From Eledone cirrhosa (taxonomy: Eukaryota), in assembly GCA_964016885.1 (NCBI GenBank), contig OZ024755.1, positions 43,152,001-43,216,000 on the forward strand: a stretch of 64,000 bases of DNA, read 5' to 3'. Positions 1 through 13,900 of this stretch are shown one piece after another. Each line of letters begins with the position of its first letter. Position 1 is the stretch's first letter. The position numbers were made by a program, and so were the translations under genes. The notes under the pieces are model-generated. The model was not told where the DNA came from and made no database searches. It was given only the letters and a program-made list of their open reading frames with translations.

Positions 1-2049
1 GATAGCTTAGCTTAGCTTAGCTTAGGATAGCTTAGCTTAGGATAGCTTAGGATAGCTTAGCTTAGGATAGCTTAGGATAGCTTAGCTTAGGATAGCTTAG
101 CTTAGCTTAGCTTAGGATAGCTTAGCTTAGCTTAGGATAGCTTAGCTTAGCTTAGCTTAGGATAGCTTAGCTTAGGATAGCTTAGGAAAGCTTAGCTTAG
201 CTTAGCTTAGGATAGCTTAGCTTAGCTTAGCTTAGGATAGCTTAGCTTAGCTTAGTTTAGGATAGCTTAGCTTAGCTTAGCTTAGCTTAGGATAGCTTTG
301 CTTAGCTTAGCTTAGGATAAATTAGCTTAGGATAGCTTAGTTTAGGATAGCTTAGCTTAGCTTAGCTTAGGATAGCTTAGCTTAGCTTAGCTTAGGATAG
401 CTTAGCTTAGCTTAGCTTAGGATAGCTTAGCTTAGCTTAGCTTAGGATAGCTTAGCTAAGCTTAGCTTAGCTTAGGATAGCTTAGCTTAGCTTAGCTTAG
501 CTTAGCTTAGCTTGGCTTAGGATAGCTTAGCTTAGCGTAGCTTAGGATAGCTTAGCTTAGCTTAGCTTAGCTTAGCTTAGGATAGCTTAGCTTAGGATAG
601 CTTAGGATAGCTTAGCTTAGGATAGCTTAGCTTAGGATAGCTTAGGATAGATTAGCTTAGCTTAGCTTAGGATAGCTTAGCTTAGCTTAGCTTAGGATAG
701 CTTAGCTTAGCTTAGGATAGCTTAGCTTAGCTTAGCTTAGGATAGATTAGCTTAGCTTAGCTTAGGATAGCTTAGCTTAGCTTAGCTTAGGATAGCTTAG
801 CTTAGCTTAGGATAGCTTAGCTTAGCTTAGGATAGCTTAGGATAGCTTAGCTTAGCTTAGGATAGCTTAGGATAGCTTAGCTTAGGATAGCTTAGGATAG
901 CTTAGCTTAGGATAGCTTAGCTTAGGATAGCTTAGCTTAGCTTAGGATAGCTTAGCTTAGGATAGCTTAGGATAGCTTAGCTTAGGATAGCTTAGCTTAG
1001 GATAGCTTAGGATAGATTAGCTTAGCTTAGCTTAGGATAGCTTAGCTTAGCTTAGCTTAGGATAGCTTAGCTTAGCTTAGGATAGCTTAGCTTAGCTTAG
1101 CTTAGGATAGCTTAGCTTAGCTTAGCTTAGGATAGCTTAGCTTAGCTTAGCTTAGGATAGCTTAGCTTAGCTTAGGATAGCTTAGCTTAGCTTAGGATAG
1201 CTTAGGATAGCTTAGCTTAGCTTAGGATAGCTTAGGATAGCTTAGGATAGCTTAGCTTAGGATAGCTTAGGATAGCTTAGCTTAGCTTAGGATAGCTTAG
1301 CTTAGCTTAGCTTAGGATAGCTTAGCTTAGCTTAGCTTAGGATAGCTTAGCTTAGGTTAGCTTAGCTTAGCTTAGCTTAGGATAGCTTAGCTTAGCTTAG
1401 CTTAGCTTAGGATAGGTTAGCTTAGGATAGTTTAGGATTGCTTAGCTTAGCTTAGCTTAGGATAGCTTAGCTTAGCTTAGCTTAGGATAGCTTAGCTTAG
1501 CTTAGGATAGCTTAGCTTAGCTTAGCTTAGGATAGCTTAGCTTAGCTTAGCTTAGGATAGCTTAGCTTAGCTTAGCTTAGGATAGCTTAGCTTAGCTTAG
1601 GATAGCTTAGCTTAGCTTAGCTAAGGATAGCTTAGCTTAGCTTAGGATAGCTTAGCTTAGCTTAGCTTAGGATAGCTTAGCTTAGCTTAGCTTAGGTAGC
1701 TTAGCTTAGCTTAGCTTAGGATAGCTTAGCTTAGCTTAGCTTAGGATAGCTTAGCTTAGCTTAGCTTAGCTTAGCTTAGCTTAGCTTAGCTTAGCTTAGG
1801 ATAGCTTAGCTTAGCTTAGGATAGCTTACCTTAGGAGAGCTTAGCTTAGGATAGCTTAGCTTAGGATAGCTTAGGATAGCTTAGCTTAGGATAGCTTAGC
1901 TTAGGATAGCTTAGCTTAGGATAGCTTAGGATAGCTTAGCTTAGCTTAGCTTAGGATAGCTTAGGATAGCTTAGGATAGCTTAGCTTAGGATAGCTTAGC
2001 TTAGCTTAGCTTAGGATAGCTTAGCTTAGCTTAGCTTAGGATAGCTTAG

Positions 2050-5000
2050 GATAGCTTAGCTTAGGATAGCTTAGGATAGCTTAGCTTAGGATAGCTTAGG
2101 ATAGCTTAGCTTAGGATAGCTTAGGATAGCTTAGCTTAGGATAGCCTAGCTTAGCTTAGGATAGCTTAGCTTAGCTTAGCTTAGGATAGCTTAGCTTAGC
2201 TTAGGATAGCTTAGCTTAGCTTAGCTTAGCTTAGCTTAGCTTAGGATAGCTTAGCTTAGCTTAGGATAGCTTAGCTTAGGATAGCTTAGGATAGCTTAGC
2301 TTAGGATAGCTTAGGATAGCTTAGCTTAGGATAGCTTAGCTTAGGATAGCTTAGGATAGCTTAGCTTAGGATAGCTTAGGATAGCTTAGCTTAGGATAGC
2401 TTAGCTTAGCTTAGCTTAGGATAGCTTAGCTTAGCTTAGCTTAGGATAGCTTAGCTTAGCTTCGGATAGCTTAGGATAGCTTAGCTTAGGATAGCTTAGC
2501 TTAGCTTAGCTTAGGATAGCTTAGCTTAGCTTAGCTTAGGATAGCTTAGCTTAGGATAGCTTAGGATAGCTTAGGATAGCTTAGCTTAGCTTAGCTTAGG
2601 ATAGCTTAGCTTAGCTTAGCTTAGGATAGCTTAGCTTAGCTTAGGATAGCTTAGCTTAGGATAGCTTAGGAAAGCTTAGCTTAGCTTAGCTTAGGATAGC
2701 TTAGCTTAGCTTAGCTTAGGTTAGCTTAGCTTAGCTTAGGATAGCTTAGCTTAGCTTAGCTTAGGATAGCTTAGGATAGCTTAGCTTAGGATAGCTTAGC
2801 TTAGGATAGCTTAGGATAGCTTAGCTTAGGATAGCTTAGCTTAGGATAGCTTAGGATAGCTTAGCTTAGGATAGCTTAGGATAGCTTAGCTTAGGATAGC
2901 TTAGCTTAGCTTAGCTTAGGATAGCTTAGCTTAGCTTAGCTTCGGATAGCTTAGGATAGCTTAGCTTAGGATAGCTTAGCTTAGCTTAGCTTAGGATAGC
3001 TTAGCTTAGCTTAGCTTAGGATAGCTTAGCTTAGCTTAGCTTCGGATAGCTTAGGATAGCTTAGCTTAGGATAGCTTAGGATAGCTTAGGATAGCTTAGC
3101 TTAGCTTAGCTTAGGATAGCTTAGCTTAGCTTAGCTTAGGATAGCTTAGCTTAGCTTAGCTTAGGATAGCTTAGCTTAGGTTGGCTTAGCTTAGCTTAGC
3201 TTAGGATAGCTTAGCTTAGGATAGCTTAGGATAGCTTAGCTTAGGATAGCTTAGGATAGGATAGCTTAGCTTAGCTTAGGATAGCTTAGGATAGCTTAGC
3301 TTAGGATAGCTTAGGATAGCTTAGCTTAGGATAGCTTAGCTTAGCTTAGCTTAGGATAGCTTAGCTTAGCTTAGCTTAGGATAGCTTAGCTTAGCTTAGC
3401 TTAGGATAGCTTAGCTTAGCTTAGCTTCGGATAGCTTAGGATAGCTTAGCTTTGGATAGCTTAGCTTAGCTTAGCTTAGGATAGCTTAGCTTAGCTTAGC
3501 TTAGGATAGCTTAGCTTAGCTTAGCTTAGGATAGCTTAGGATAGCTTAGCTTAGGATAGCTTAGGATAGCTTAGCTTAGGATAGCTTAGGATAGCTTAGC
3601 TTAGGATAGCTTAGGATAGCTTAGCTTAGGATAGCCTAGCTTAGCTTAGGATAGCTTAGCTTAGCTTAGCTTAGGATAGCTTAGCTTAGCTTAGGATAGC
3701 TTAGCTTAGCTTAGCTTAGCTTAGCTTAGCTTAGGATAGCTTAGCTTAGCTTAGGATAGCTTAGCTTAGGATAGCTTAGGATAGCTTAGCTTAGGATAGC
3801 TTAGGATAGCTTAGCTTAGGATAGCTTAGCTTAGGATAGCTTAGGATAGCTTAGCTTAGGATAGCTTAGGATAGCTTAGCTTAGGATAGCTTAGCTTAGC
3901 TTAGCTTAGGATAGCTTAGCTTAGCTTAGCTTAGGATAGCTTAGCTTAGCTTAGCTTCGGATAGCTTAGGATAGCTTAGCTTAGGATAGCTTAGCTTAGC
4001 TTAGCTTAGGATAGCTTAGCTTAGCTTAGCTTAGGATAGCTTAGCTTAGGATAGCTTAGGATAGCTTAGGATAGCTTAGCTTAGCTTAGCTTAGGATAGC
4101 TTAGCTTAGCTTAGCTTAGGATAGCTTAGCTTAGCTTAGGATAGCTTAGCTTAGGATAGCTTAGGAAAGCTTAGCTTAGCTTAGCTTAGGATAGCTTAGC
4201 TTAGCTTAGCTTAGGTTAGCTTAGCTTAGCTTAGGATAGCTTAGCTTAGCTTAGCTTAGGATAGCTTAGGATAGCTTAGCTTAGGATAGCTTAGCTTAGG
4301 ATAGCTTAGGATAGCTTAGCTTAGGATAGCTTAGCTTAGGATAGCTTAGGATAGCTTAGCTTAGGATAGCTTAGGATAGCTTAGCTTAGGATAGCTTAGC
4401 TTAGCTTAGCTTAGGATAGCTTAGCTTAGCTTAGCTTCGGATAGCTTAGGATAGCTTAGCTTAGGATAGCTTAGCTTAGCTTAGCTTAGGATAGCTTAGC
4501 TTAGCTTAGCTTAGGATAGCTTAGCTTAGCTTAGCTTCGGATAGCTTAGGATAGCTTAGCTTAGGATAGCTTAGGATAGCTTAGGATAGCTTAGCTTAGC
4601 TTAGCTTAGGATAGCTTAGCTTAGCTTAGCTTAGGATAGCTTAGCTTAGCTTAGCTTAGGATAGCTTAGCTTAGGTTGGCTTAGCTTAGCTTAGCTTAGG
4701 ATAGCTTAGCTTAGGATAGCTTAGGATAGCTTAGCTTAGGATAGCTTAGGATAGGATAGCTTAGCTTAGCTTAGGATAGCTTAGGATAGCTTAGCTTAGG
4801 ATAGCTTAGGATAGCTTAGCTTAGGATAGCTTAGCTTAGCTTAGCTTAGGATAGCTTAGCTTAGCTTAGCTTAGGATAGCTTAGCTTAGCTTAGCTTAGG
4901 ATAGCTTAGCTTAGCTTAGCTTCGGATAGCTTAGGATAGCTTAGCTTTGGATAGCTTAGCTTAGCTTAGCTTAGGATAGCTTAGCTTAGCTTAGCTTAGG

Positions 5001-5520
5001 ATAGCTTAGCTTAGCTTAGCTTAGGATAGCTTAGGATAGCTTAGCTTAGGATAGCTTAGGATAGCTTAGGATAGCTTAGCTTAGCTTAGCTTAGGATAGC
5101 TTAGCTTAGCTTAGCTTAGGATAGCTTAGCTTAGCTTAGCTTAGGATAGCTTAGCTTAGGTTGGCTTAGCTTAGCTTAGCTTAGGATAGCTTAGCTTAGG
5201 ATAGCTTAGGATAGCTTAGCTTAGGATAGCTTAGGATAGGATAGCTTAGCTTAGCTTAGGATAGCTTAGGATAGCTTAGCTTAGGATAGCTTAGGATAGC
5301 TTAGCTTAGGATAGCTTAGCTTAGCTTAGCTTAGGATAGCTTAGCTTAGCTTAGCTTAGGATAGCTTAGCTTAGCTTAGCTTAGGATAGCTTAGCTTAGC
5401 TTAGCTTCGGATAGCTTAGGATAGCTTAGCTTTGGATAGCTTAGCTTAGCTTAGCTTAGGATAGCTTAGCTTAGCTTAGCTTAGGATAGCTTAGCTTAGC
5501 TTAGCTTAGGATAGCTTAGG
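2050..5520 (+). repeat. Tandem duplication of ~1,495 bp followed by a 485-bp partial third copy
   Basis: Offset 1,490-1,495: CCTAG 2145/3635, GAAAG 2670/4165, GTTGG 3180/4675, GATAGGATAG 3255/4750, CTTTG 3450/4945. Then offset +485: GTTGG 5160, GATAGGATAG 5235, CTTTG 5430. Confidence 0.9.
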
Positions 5521-8500
5521 ATAGCTTAGCTTAGGATAGCTTAGGATAGCTTAGGATAGCTTAGCTTAGCTTAGCTTAGGATAGCTTAGCTTAGCTTAGC
5601 TTAGGATAGCTTAGCTTAGCTTAGCTTAGGATAGCTTAGCTTAGCTTAGGATAGCTTAGCTTAGCTTAGCTTAGGATAGCTTAGCTTAGCTTAGCTTAGG
5701 ATAGCTTAGGATAGCTTAGCTTAGGATAGCTTAGGATAGCTTAGGATAGCTTAGCTTAGCTTAGCTTAGGATAGCTTAGCTTAGCTTAGCTTAGGATAGC
5801 TTAGCTTAGCTTAGCTTAGGTAGCTTAGCTTAGCTTAGCTTAGGATAGCTTAGCTTAGCTTAGCTTAGGATAGCTTAGCTTAGCTTAGCTTAGCTTAGCT
5901 TAGCTTAGCTTAGCTTAGGATAGCTTAGCTTAGCTTAGGATAGCTTACCTTAGGAGAGCTTAGCTTAGGATAGCTTAGCTTAGGATAGCTTAGGATAGCT
6001 TAGCTTAGGATAGCTTAGCTTAGGATAGCTTAGCTTAGGATAGCTTAGGATAGCTTAGCTTAGCTTAGCTTAGGATAGCTTAGCTTAGCTTAGCTTAGGA
6101 TAGCTTAGGATAGCTTAGCTTAGGATAGCTTAGCTTAGCTTAGCTTAGGATAGCTTAGCTTAGCTTAGCTTCGGATAGCTTAGGATAGCTTAGCTTAGGA
6201 TAGCTTAGCTTAGCTTAGCTTAGGATAGCTTAGCTTAGCTTAGCTTAGGATAGCTTAGCTTAGGATAGCTTAGGATAGCTTAGCTTAGCTTAGCTTAGGA
6301 TAGCTTAGCTTAGCTTAGCTTAGGATAGCTTAGCTTAGCTTAGCTTAGGATAGCTTAGCTTAGCTTAGCTTCGGATAGCTTAGGATAGCTTAGCTTAGGA
6401 TAGCTTAGCTTAGCTTAGCTTAGGATAGCTTAGCTTAGGATAGCTTAGGATAGCTTAGCTTAGCTTAGCTTAGGATAGCTTAGCTTAGCTTAGCTTAGGA
6501 TAGCTTAGCTTAGCTTAGGATAGCTTAGCTTAGCTTAGCTTAGGATAGCTTAGCTTAGGATAGCTTAGGAAAGCTTAGCTTAGCTTAGCTTAGGATAGCT
6601 TAGCTTAGCTTAGCTTAGGTTAGCTTAGCTTAGCTTAGGATAGCTTAGCTTAGCTTAGCTTAGGATAGCTTAGCTTAGCTTAGCTTAGGATAGCTTAGGA
6701 TAGCTTAGCTTAGGATAGCTTAGGATAGCTTAGGATAGCTTAGCTTAGCTTAGCTTAGGATAGCTTAGCTTAGCTTAGCTTAGGATAGCTTAGCTTAGCT
6801 TAGCTTAGGTAGCTTAGCTTAGCTTAGCTTAGGATAGCTTAGCTTAGCTTAGCTTAGGATAGCTTAGCTTAGCTTAGCTTAGCTTAGCTTAGCTTAGCTT
6901 AGCTTAGCTTAGGATAGCTTAGCTTAGCTTAGGATAGCTTACCTTAGGAGAGCTTAGCTTAGGATAGCTTAGCTTAGCTTAGCTTAGGATAGCTTAGCTT
7001 AGCTTAGGATAGCTTAGCTTAGCTTAGCTTAGGATAGCTTAGCTTAGCTTAGCTTAGGATAGCTTAGCTTAGCTTAGGATAGCTTAGCTTAGGATAGCTT
7101 AGGATAGCTTAGCTTAGGATAGCTTAGGATAGCTTAGCTTAGGATAGCTTAGCTTAGGATAGCTTAGGATAGCTTAGCTTAGGATAGCTTAGGATAGCTT
7201 AGCTTAGGATAGCTTAGGATAGCTTAGCTTAGGATAGCCTAGCTTAGCTTAGGATAGCTTAGCTTAGCTTAGCTTAGGATAGCTTAGCTTAGCTTAGGAT
7301 AGCTTAGCTTAGCTTAGCTTAGCTTAGCTTAGCTTAGGATAGCTTAGCTTAGCTTAGGATAGCTTAGCTTAGGATAGCTTAGGATAGCTTAGCTTAGGAT
7401 AGCTTAGGATAGCTTAGCTTAGGATAGCTTAGCTTAGGATAGCTTAGGATAGCTTAGCTTAGGATAGCTTAGGATAGCTTAGCTTAGGATAGCTTAGCTT
7501 AGCTTAGCTTAGGATAGCTTAGCTTAGCTTAGCTTAGGATAGCTTAGCTTAGCTTAGCTTCGGATAGCTTAGGATAGCTTAGCTTAGGATAGCTTAGCTT
7601 AGCTTAGCTTAGGATAGCTTAGCTTAGCTTAGCTTAGGATAGCTTAGCTTAGGATAGCTTAGGATAGCTTAGGATAGCTTAGCTTAGCTTAGCTTAGGAT
7701 AGCTTAGCTTAGCTTAGCTTAGGATAGCTTAGCTTAGCTTAGGATAGCTTAGCTTAGGATAGCTTAGGAAAGCTTAGCTTAGCTTAGCTTAGGATAGCTT
7801 AGCTTAGCTTAGCTTAGGTTAGCTTAGCTTAGCTTAGGATAGCTTAGCTTAGCTTAGCTTAGGATAGCTTAGGATAGCTTAGCTTAGGATAGCTTAGCTT
7901 AGGATAGCTTAGGATAGCTTAGCTTAGGATAGCTTAGCTTAGGATAGCTTAGGATAGCTTAGCTTAGGATAGCTTAGGATAGCTTAGCTTAGGATAGCTT
8001 AGCTTAGCTTAGCTTAGGATAGCTTAGCTTAGCTTAGCTTCGGATAGCTTAGGATAGCTTAGCTTAGGATAGCTTAGCTTAGCTTAGCTTAGGATAGCTT
8101 AGCTTAGCTTAGCTTAGGATAGCTTAGCTTAGCTTAGCTTCGGATAGCTTAGGATAGCTTAGCTTAGGATAGCTTAGGATAGCTTAGGATAGCTTAGCTT
8201 AGCTTAGCTTAGGATAGCTTAGCTTAGCTTAGCTTAGGATAGCTTAGCTTAGCTTAGCTTAGGATAGCTTAGCTTAGGTTGGCTTAGCTTAGCTTAGCTT
8301 AGGATAGCTTAGCTTAGGATAGCTTAGGATAGCTTAGCTTAGGATAGCTTAGGATAGGATAGCTTAGCTTAGCTTAGGATAGCTTAGGATAGCTTAGCTT
8401 AGGATAGCTTAGGATAGCTTAGCTTAGGATAGCTTAGCTTAGCTTAGCTTAGGATAGCTTAGCTTAGCTTAGCTTAGGATAGCTTAGCTTAGCTTAGCTT

Positions 8501-10800
8501 AGGATAGCTTAGCTTAGCTTAGCTTCGGATAGCTTAGGATAGCTTAGCTTTGGATAGCTTAGCTTAGCTTAGCTTAGGATAGCTTAGCTTAGCTTAGCTT
8601 AGGATAGCTTAGCTTAGCTTAGCTTAGGATAGCTTAGGATAGCTTAGCTTAGGATAGCTTAGGATAGCTTAGGATAGCTTAGCTTAGCTTAGCTTAGGAG
8701 AGCTTAGCTTAGCTTAGCTTAGGATAGCTTAGCTTAGCTTAGCTTAGGATAGCTTAGCTTAGGTTGGCTTAGCTTAGCTTAGCTTAGGATAGCTTAGCTT
8801 AGGATAGCTTAGGATAGCTTAGCTTAGGATAGCTTAGGATAGGATAGCTTAGCTTAGCTTAGGATAGCTTAGGATAGCTTAGCTTAGGATAGCTTAGGAT
8901 AGCTTAGCTTAGGATAGCTTAGCTTAGCTTAGCTTAGGATAGCTTAGCTTAGCTTAGCTTAGGATAGCTTAGCTTAGCTTAGCTTAGGATAGCTTAGCTT
9001 AGCTTAGCTTCGGATAGCTTAGGATAGCTTAGCTTTGGATAGCTTAGCTTAGCTTAGCTTAGGATAGCTTAGCTTAGCTTAGCTTAGGATAGCTTAGCTT
9101 AGCTTAGCTTAGGATAGCTTAGGATAGCTTAGCTTAGGATAGCTTAGGATAGCTTAGGATAGCTTAGCTTAGCTTAGCTTAGGATAGCTTAGCTTAGCTT
9201 AGCTTAGGATAGCTTAGCTTAGCTTAGCTTAGGATAGCTTAGCTTAGCTTAGGATAGCTTAGCTTAGCTTAGCTTAGGATAGCTTAGCTTAGCTTAGCTT
9301 AGGATAGCTTAGGATAGCTTAGCTTAGGATAGCTTAGGATAGCTTAGGATAGCTTAGCTTAGCTTAGCTTAGGATAGCTTAGCTTAGCTTAGCTTAGGAT
9401 AGCTTAGCTTAGCTTAGCTTAGGTAGCTTAGCTTAGCTTAGCTTAGGATAGCTTAGCTTAGCTTAGCTTAGGATAGCTTAGCTTAGCTTAGCTTAGCTTA
9501 GCTTAGCTTAGCTTAGCTTAGGATAGCTTAGCTTAGCTTAGGATAGCTTACCTTAGGAGAGCTTAGCTTAGGATAGCTTAGCTTAGGATAGCTTAGGATA
9601 GCTTAGCTTAGGATAGCTTAGCTTAGGATAGCTTAGCTTAGGATAGCTTAGGATAGCTTAGCTTAGCTTAGCTTAGGATAGCTTAGCTTAGCTTAGCTTA
9701 GGATAGCTTAGGATAGCTTAGCTTAGGATAGCTTAGCTTAGCTTAGCTTAGGATAGCTTAGCTTAGCTTAGCTTCGGATAGCTTAGGATAGCTTAGCTTA
9801 GGATAGCTTAGCTTAGCTTAGCTTAGGATAGCTTAGCTTAGCTTAGCTTAGGATAGCTTAGCTTAGGATAGCTTAGGATAGCTTAGCTTAGCTTAGCTTA
9901 GGATAGCTTAGCTTAGCTTAGCTTAGGATAGCTTAGCTTAGCTTAGCTTAGGATAGCTTAGCTTAGCTTAGCTTCGGATAGCTTAGGATAGCTTAGCTTA
10001 GGATAGCTTAGCTTAGCTTAGCTTAGGATAGCTTAGCTTAGGATAGCTTAGGATAGCTTAGGATAGCTTAGCTTAGCTTAGCTTAGGATAGCTTAGCTTA
10101 GCTTAGCTTAGGATAGCTTAGCTTAGCTTAGGATAGCTTAGCTTAGCTTAGCTTAGGATAGCTTAGCTTAGGATAGCTTAGGAAAGCTTAGCTTAGCTTA
10201 GCTTAGGATAGCTTAGCTTAGCTTAGCTTAGGTTAGCTTAGCTTAGCTTAGGATAGCTTAGCTTAGCTTAGCTTAGGATAGCTTAGCTTAGCTTAGCTTA
10301 GGATAGCTTAGGATAGCTTAGCTTAGGATAGCTTAGGATAGCTTAGGATAGCTTAGCTTAGCTTAGCTTAGGATAGCTTAGCTTAGCTTAGCTTAGGATA
10401 GCTTAGCTTAGCTTAGCTTAGGTAGCTTAGCTTAGCTTAGCTTAGGATAGCTTAGCTTAGCTTAGCTTAGGATAGCTTAGCTTAGCTTAGCTTAGCTTAG
10501 CTTAGCTTAGCTTAGCTTAGCTTAGGATAGCTTAGCTTAGCTTAGGATAGCTTACCTTAGGAGAGCTTAGCTTAGGATAGCTTAGCTTAGCTTAGCTTAG
10601 GATAGCTTAGCTTAGCTTAGGATAGCTTAGCTTAGCTTAGCTTAGGATAGCTTAGCTTAGCTTAGCTTAGGATAGCTTAGCTTAGCTTAGGATAGCTTAG
10701 CTTAGGATAGCTTAGGATAGCTTAGCTTAGGATAGCTTAGGATAGCTTAGCTTAGGATAGCTTAGCTTAGGATAGCTTAGGATAGCTTAGCTTAGGATAG
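3545..10800 (+). repeat. Near-identical tandem duplication with a 3,603-3,613 bp unit
   Basis: Offset 3,603: CCTAG 3635/7238, GAAAG 4165/7768, GTTGG 4675/8278 and 5160/8763, GTAG 5820/9423, CTTAC 5944/9547. Offset 3,613: GAAAG 6569/10182, GTAG 6809/10422. Confidence 0.92.
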
Positions 10801-10979
10801 CTTAGGATAGCTTAGCTTAGGATAGCTTAGGATAGCTTAGCTTAGCTTAGCTTAGGATAGCTTAGCTTAGCTTAGCTTCGGATAGCTTAGGATAGCTTAG
10901 CTTAGGATAGCTTAGCTTAGGATAGCTTAGCTTAGCTTAGCTTAGGATAGCTTAGGATAGCTTAGCTTAGCTTAGCTTA

Positions 10980-13900
10980 GGATAGCTTAGCTTAGCTTAG
11001 CTTAGGATAGCTTAGCTTAGCTTAGCTTAGGTAGCTTAGCTTAGCTTAGCTTAGGATAGCTTAGCTTAGCTTAGCTTAGGATAGCTTAGCTTAGCTTAGC
11101 TTAGCTTAGCTTAGCTTAGCTTAGCTTAGGATAGCTTAGCTTAGCTTAGGATAGCTTACCTTAGGAGAGCTTAGCTTAGGATAGCTTAGCTTAGGATAGC
11201 TTAGCTTAGGATAGCTTAGCTTAGGATAGCTTAGCTTAGCTTAGCTTAGGATAGCTTAGGATAGCTTAGCTTAGCTTAGCTTAGGATAGCTTAGCTTAGC
11301 TTAGCTTAGGATAGCTTAGCTTAGCTTAGCTTAGGTAGCTTAGCTTAGCTTAGCTTAGGATAGCTTAGCTTAGCTTAGGATAGCTTAGCTTAGCTTAGCT
11401 TAGCTTAGCTTAGCTTAGCTTAGCTTAGCTTAGGATAGCTTAGCTTAGCTTAGGATAGCTTAGCTTAGGATAGCTTAGGATAGCTTAGCTTAGGATAGCT
11501 TAGGTAGCTTAGCTTAGCTTAGCTTAGGATAGCTTAGCTTAGCTTAGCTTAGGATAGCTTAGCTTAGCTTAGCTTAGCTTAGCTTAGCTTAGCTTAGCTT
11601 AGCTTAGGATAGCTTAGCTTAGCTTAGGATAGCTTACCTTAGGAGAGCTTAGCTTAGGATAGCTTAGCTTAGGATAGCTTAGGATAGCTTAGCTTAGGAT
11701 AGCTTAGCTTAGGATAGCTTAGGATAGCTTAGCTTAGCTTAGCTTAGGATAGCTTAGCTTAGGATAGCTTAGCTTAGCTTAGCTTAGGATAGCTTAGCTT
11801 AGCTTAGCTTCGGATAGCTTAGGATAGCTTAGCTTAGGATAGCTTAGCTTAGCTTAGCTTAGGATAGCTTAGCTTAGCTTAGCTTAGGATAGCTTAGCTT
11901 AGGATAGCTTAGGATAGCTTAGCTTAGCTTAGCTTAGGATAGCTTAGCTTAGCTTAGGATAGCTTAGCTTAGCTTAGCTTAGGATAGCTTAGCTTAGCTT
12001 AGCTTAGGATAGCTTAGCTTAGCTTAGGATAGCTTAGCTTAGGATAGCTTAGGATAGCTTAGCTTAGGATAGCTTAGGATAGCTTAGCTTAGGATAGCTT
12101 AGCTTAGGATAGCTTAGCTTAGCTTAGCTTCGGATAGCTTAGGATAGCTTAGCTTAGGATAGCTTAGCTTAGCTTAGCTTAGGATAGCTTAGCTTAGCTT
12201 AGCTTAGGATAGCTTAGCTTAGGATAGCTTAGGATAGCTTAGCTTAGCTTAGCTTAGGATAGCTTAGCTTAGCTTAGGATAGCTTAGCTTAGGATAGCTT
12301 AGGATAGCTTAGCTTAGGATAGCTTAGGATAGCTTAGCTTAGGATAGCTTAGGTAGCTTAGCTTAGCTTAGCTTAGGATAGCTTAGCTTAGCTTAGCTTA
12401 GGATAGCTTAGCTTAGCTTAGCTTAGCTTAGCTTAGCTTAGCTTAGCTTAGCTTAGGATAGCTTAGCTTAGCTTAGGATAGCTTACCTTAGGAGAGCTTA
12501 GCTTAGGATAGCTTAGCTTAGGATAGCTTAGGATAGCTTAGCTTAGGATAGCTTAGGATAGCTTAGCTTAGGATAGCTTAGCTTAGGATAGCTTAGCTTA
12601 GGATAGCTTAGGATAGCTTAGCTTAGCTTAGCTTAGGATAGCTTAGCTTAGCTTAGCTTAGGATAGCTTAGGATAGCTTAGCTTAGGATAGCTTAGCTTA
12701 GCTTAGCTTAGGATAGCTTAGCTTAGCTTAGCTTCGGATAGCTTAGGATAGCTTAGCTTAGGATAGCTTAGCTTAGCTTAGCTTAGGATAGCTTAGCTTA
12801 GCTTAGCTTAGGATAGCTTAGCTTAGGATAGCTTAGCTTAGCTTAGGATAGCTTAGCTTAGCTTAGCTTAGGATAGCTTAGCTTAGCTTAGCTTAGGATA
12901 GCTTAGCTTAGCTTAGGATAGCTTAGCTTAGGATAGCTTAGGATAGCTTAGCTTAGGATAGCTTAGGATAGCTTAGCTTAGGATAGCTTAGCTTAGGATA
13001 GCTTAGGATAGCTTAGCTTAGGATAGCTTAGGATAGCTTAGCTTAGGATAGCTTAGCTTAGCTTAGCTTAGGATAGCTTAGCTTAGCTTAGCTTAGGTAG
13101 CTTAGCTTAGCTTAGCTTAGGATAGCTTAGCTTAGCTTAGCTTAGGATAGCTTAGCTTAGCTTAGCTTAGCTTAGCTTAGCTTAGCTTAGCTTAGGATAG
13201 CTTAGCTTAGCTTAGGATAGCTTACCTTAGGAGAGCTTAGCTTAGGATAGCTTAGCTTAGGATAGCTTAGGATAGCTTAGCTTAGGATAGCTTAGCTTAG
13301 GATAGCTTAGCTTAGGATAGCTTAGGATAGTTTAGCTTAGCTTAGCTTAGGATAGCTTAGCTTAGCTTAGCTTAGGATAGCTTAGGATAGCTTAGCTTAG
13401 GATAGCTTAGCTTAGCTTAGCTTAGGATAGCTTAGCTTAGCTTAGCTTCGGATAGCTTAGGATAGCTTAGCTTAGGATAGCTTAGCTTAGCTTAGCTTAG
13501 GATAGCTTAGCTTAGCTTAGCTTAGGATAGCTTAGCTTAGGATAGCTTAGGATAGCTTAGCTTAGCTTAGCTTAGGATAGCTTAGCTTAGCTTAGCTTAG
13601 GATAGCTTAGCTTAGCTTAGCTTAGGATAGCTTAGCTTAGCTTAGCTTCGGATAGCTTAGGATAGCTTAGCTTAGGATAGCTTAGCTTAGCTTAGCTTAG
13701 GATAGCTTAGCTTAGGATAGCTTAGGATAGCTTAGGATAGCTTAGCTTAGCTTAGCTTAGGATAGCTTAGCTTAGCTTAGCTTAGGATAGCTTAGCTTAG
13801 CTTAGGATAGCTTAGCTTAGCTTAGCTTAGGATAGCTTAGCTTAGCTTAGCTTAGGATAGCTTAGGATAGCTTAGGATAGCTTAGGATAGCTTAGCTTAG

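Noticed and set aside
454-467. Perfect 14-bp palindrome AGCTAAGCTTAGCT (also near 32566 and 57564) as an inversion junction or regulatory site
   Set aside because: It arises from a single T>A change (CTTAG>CTAAG), and the array orientation is the same on both sides.
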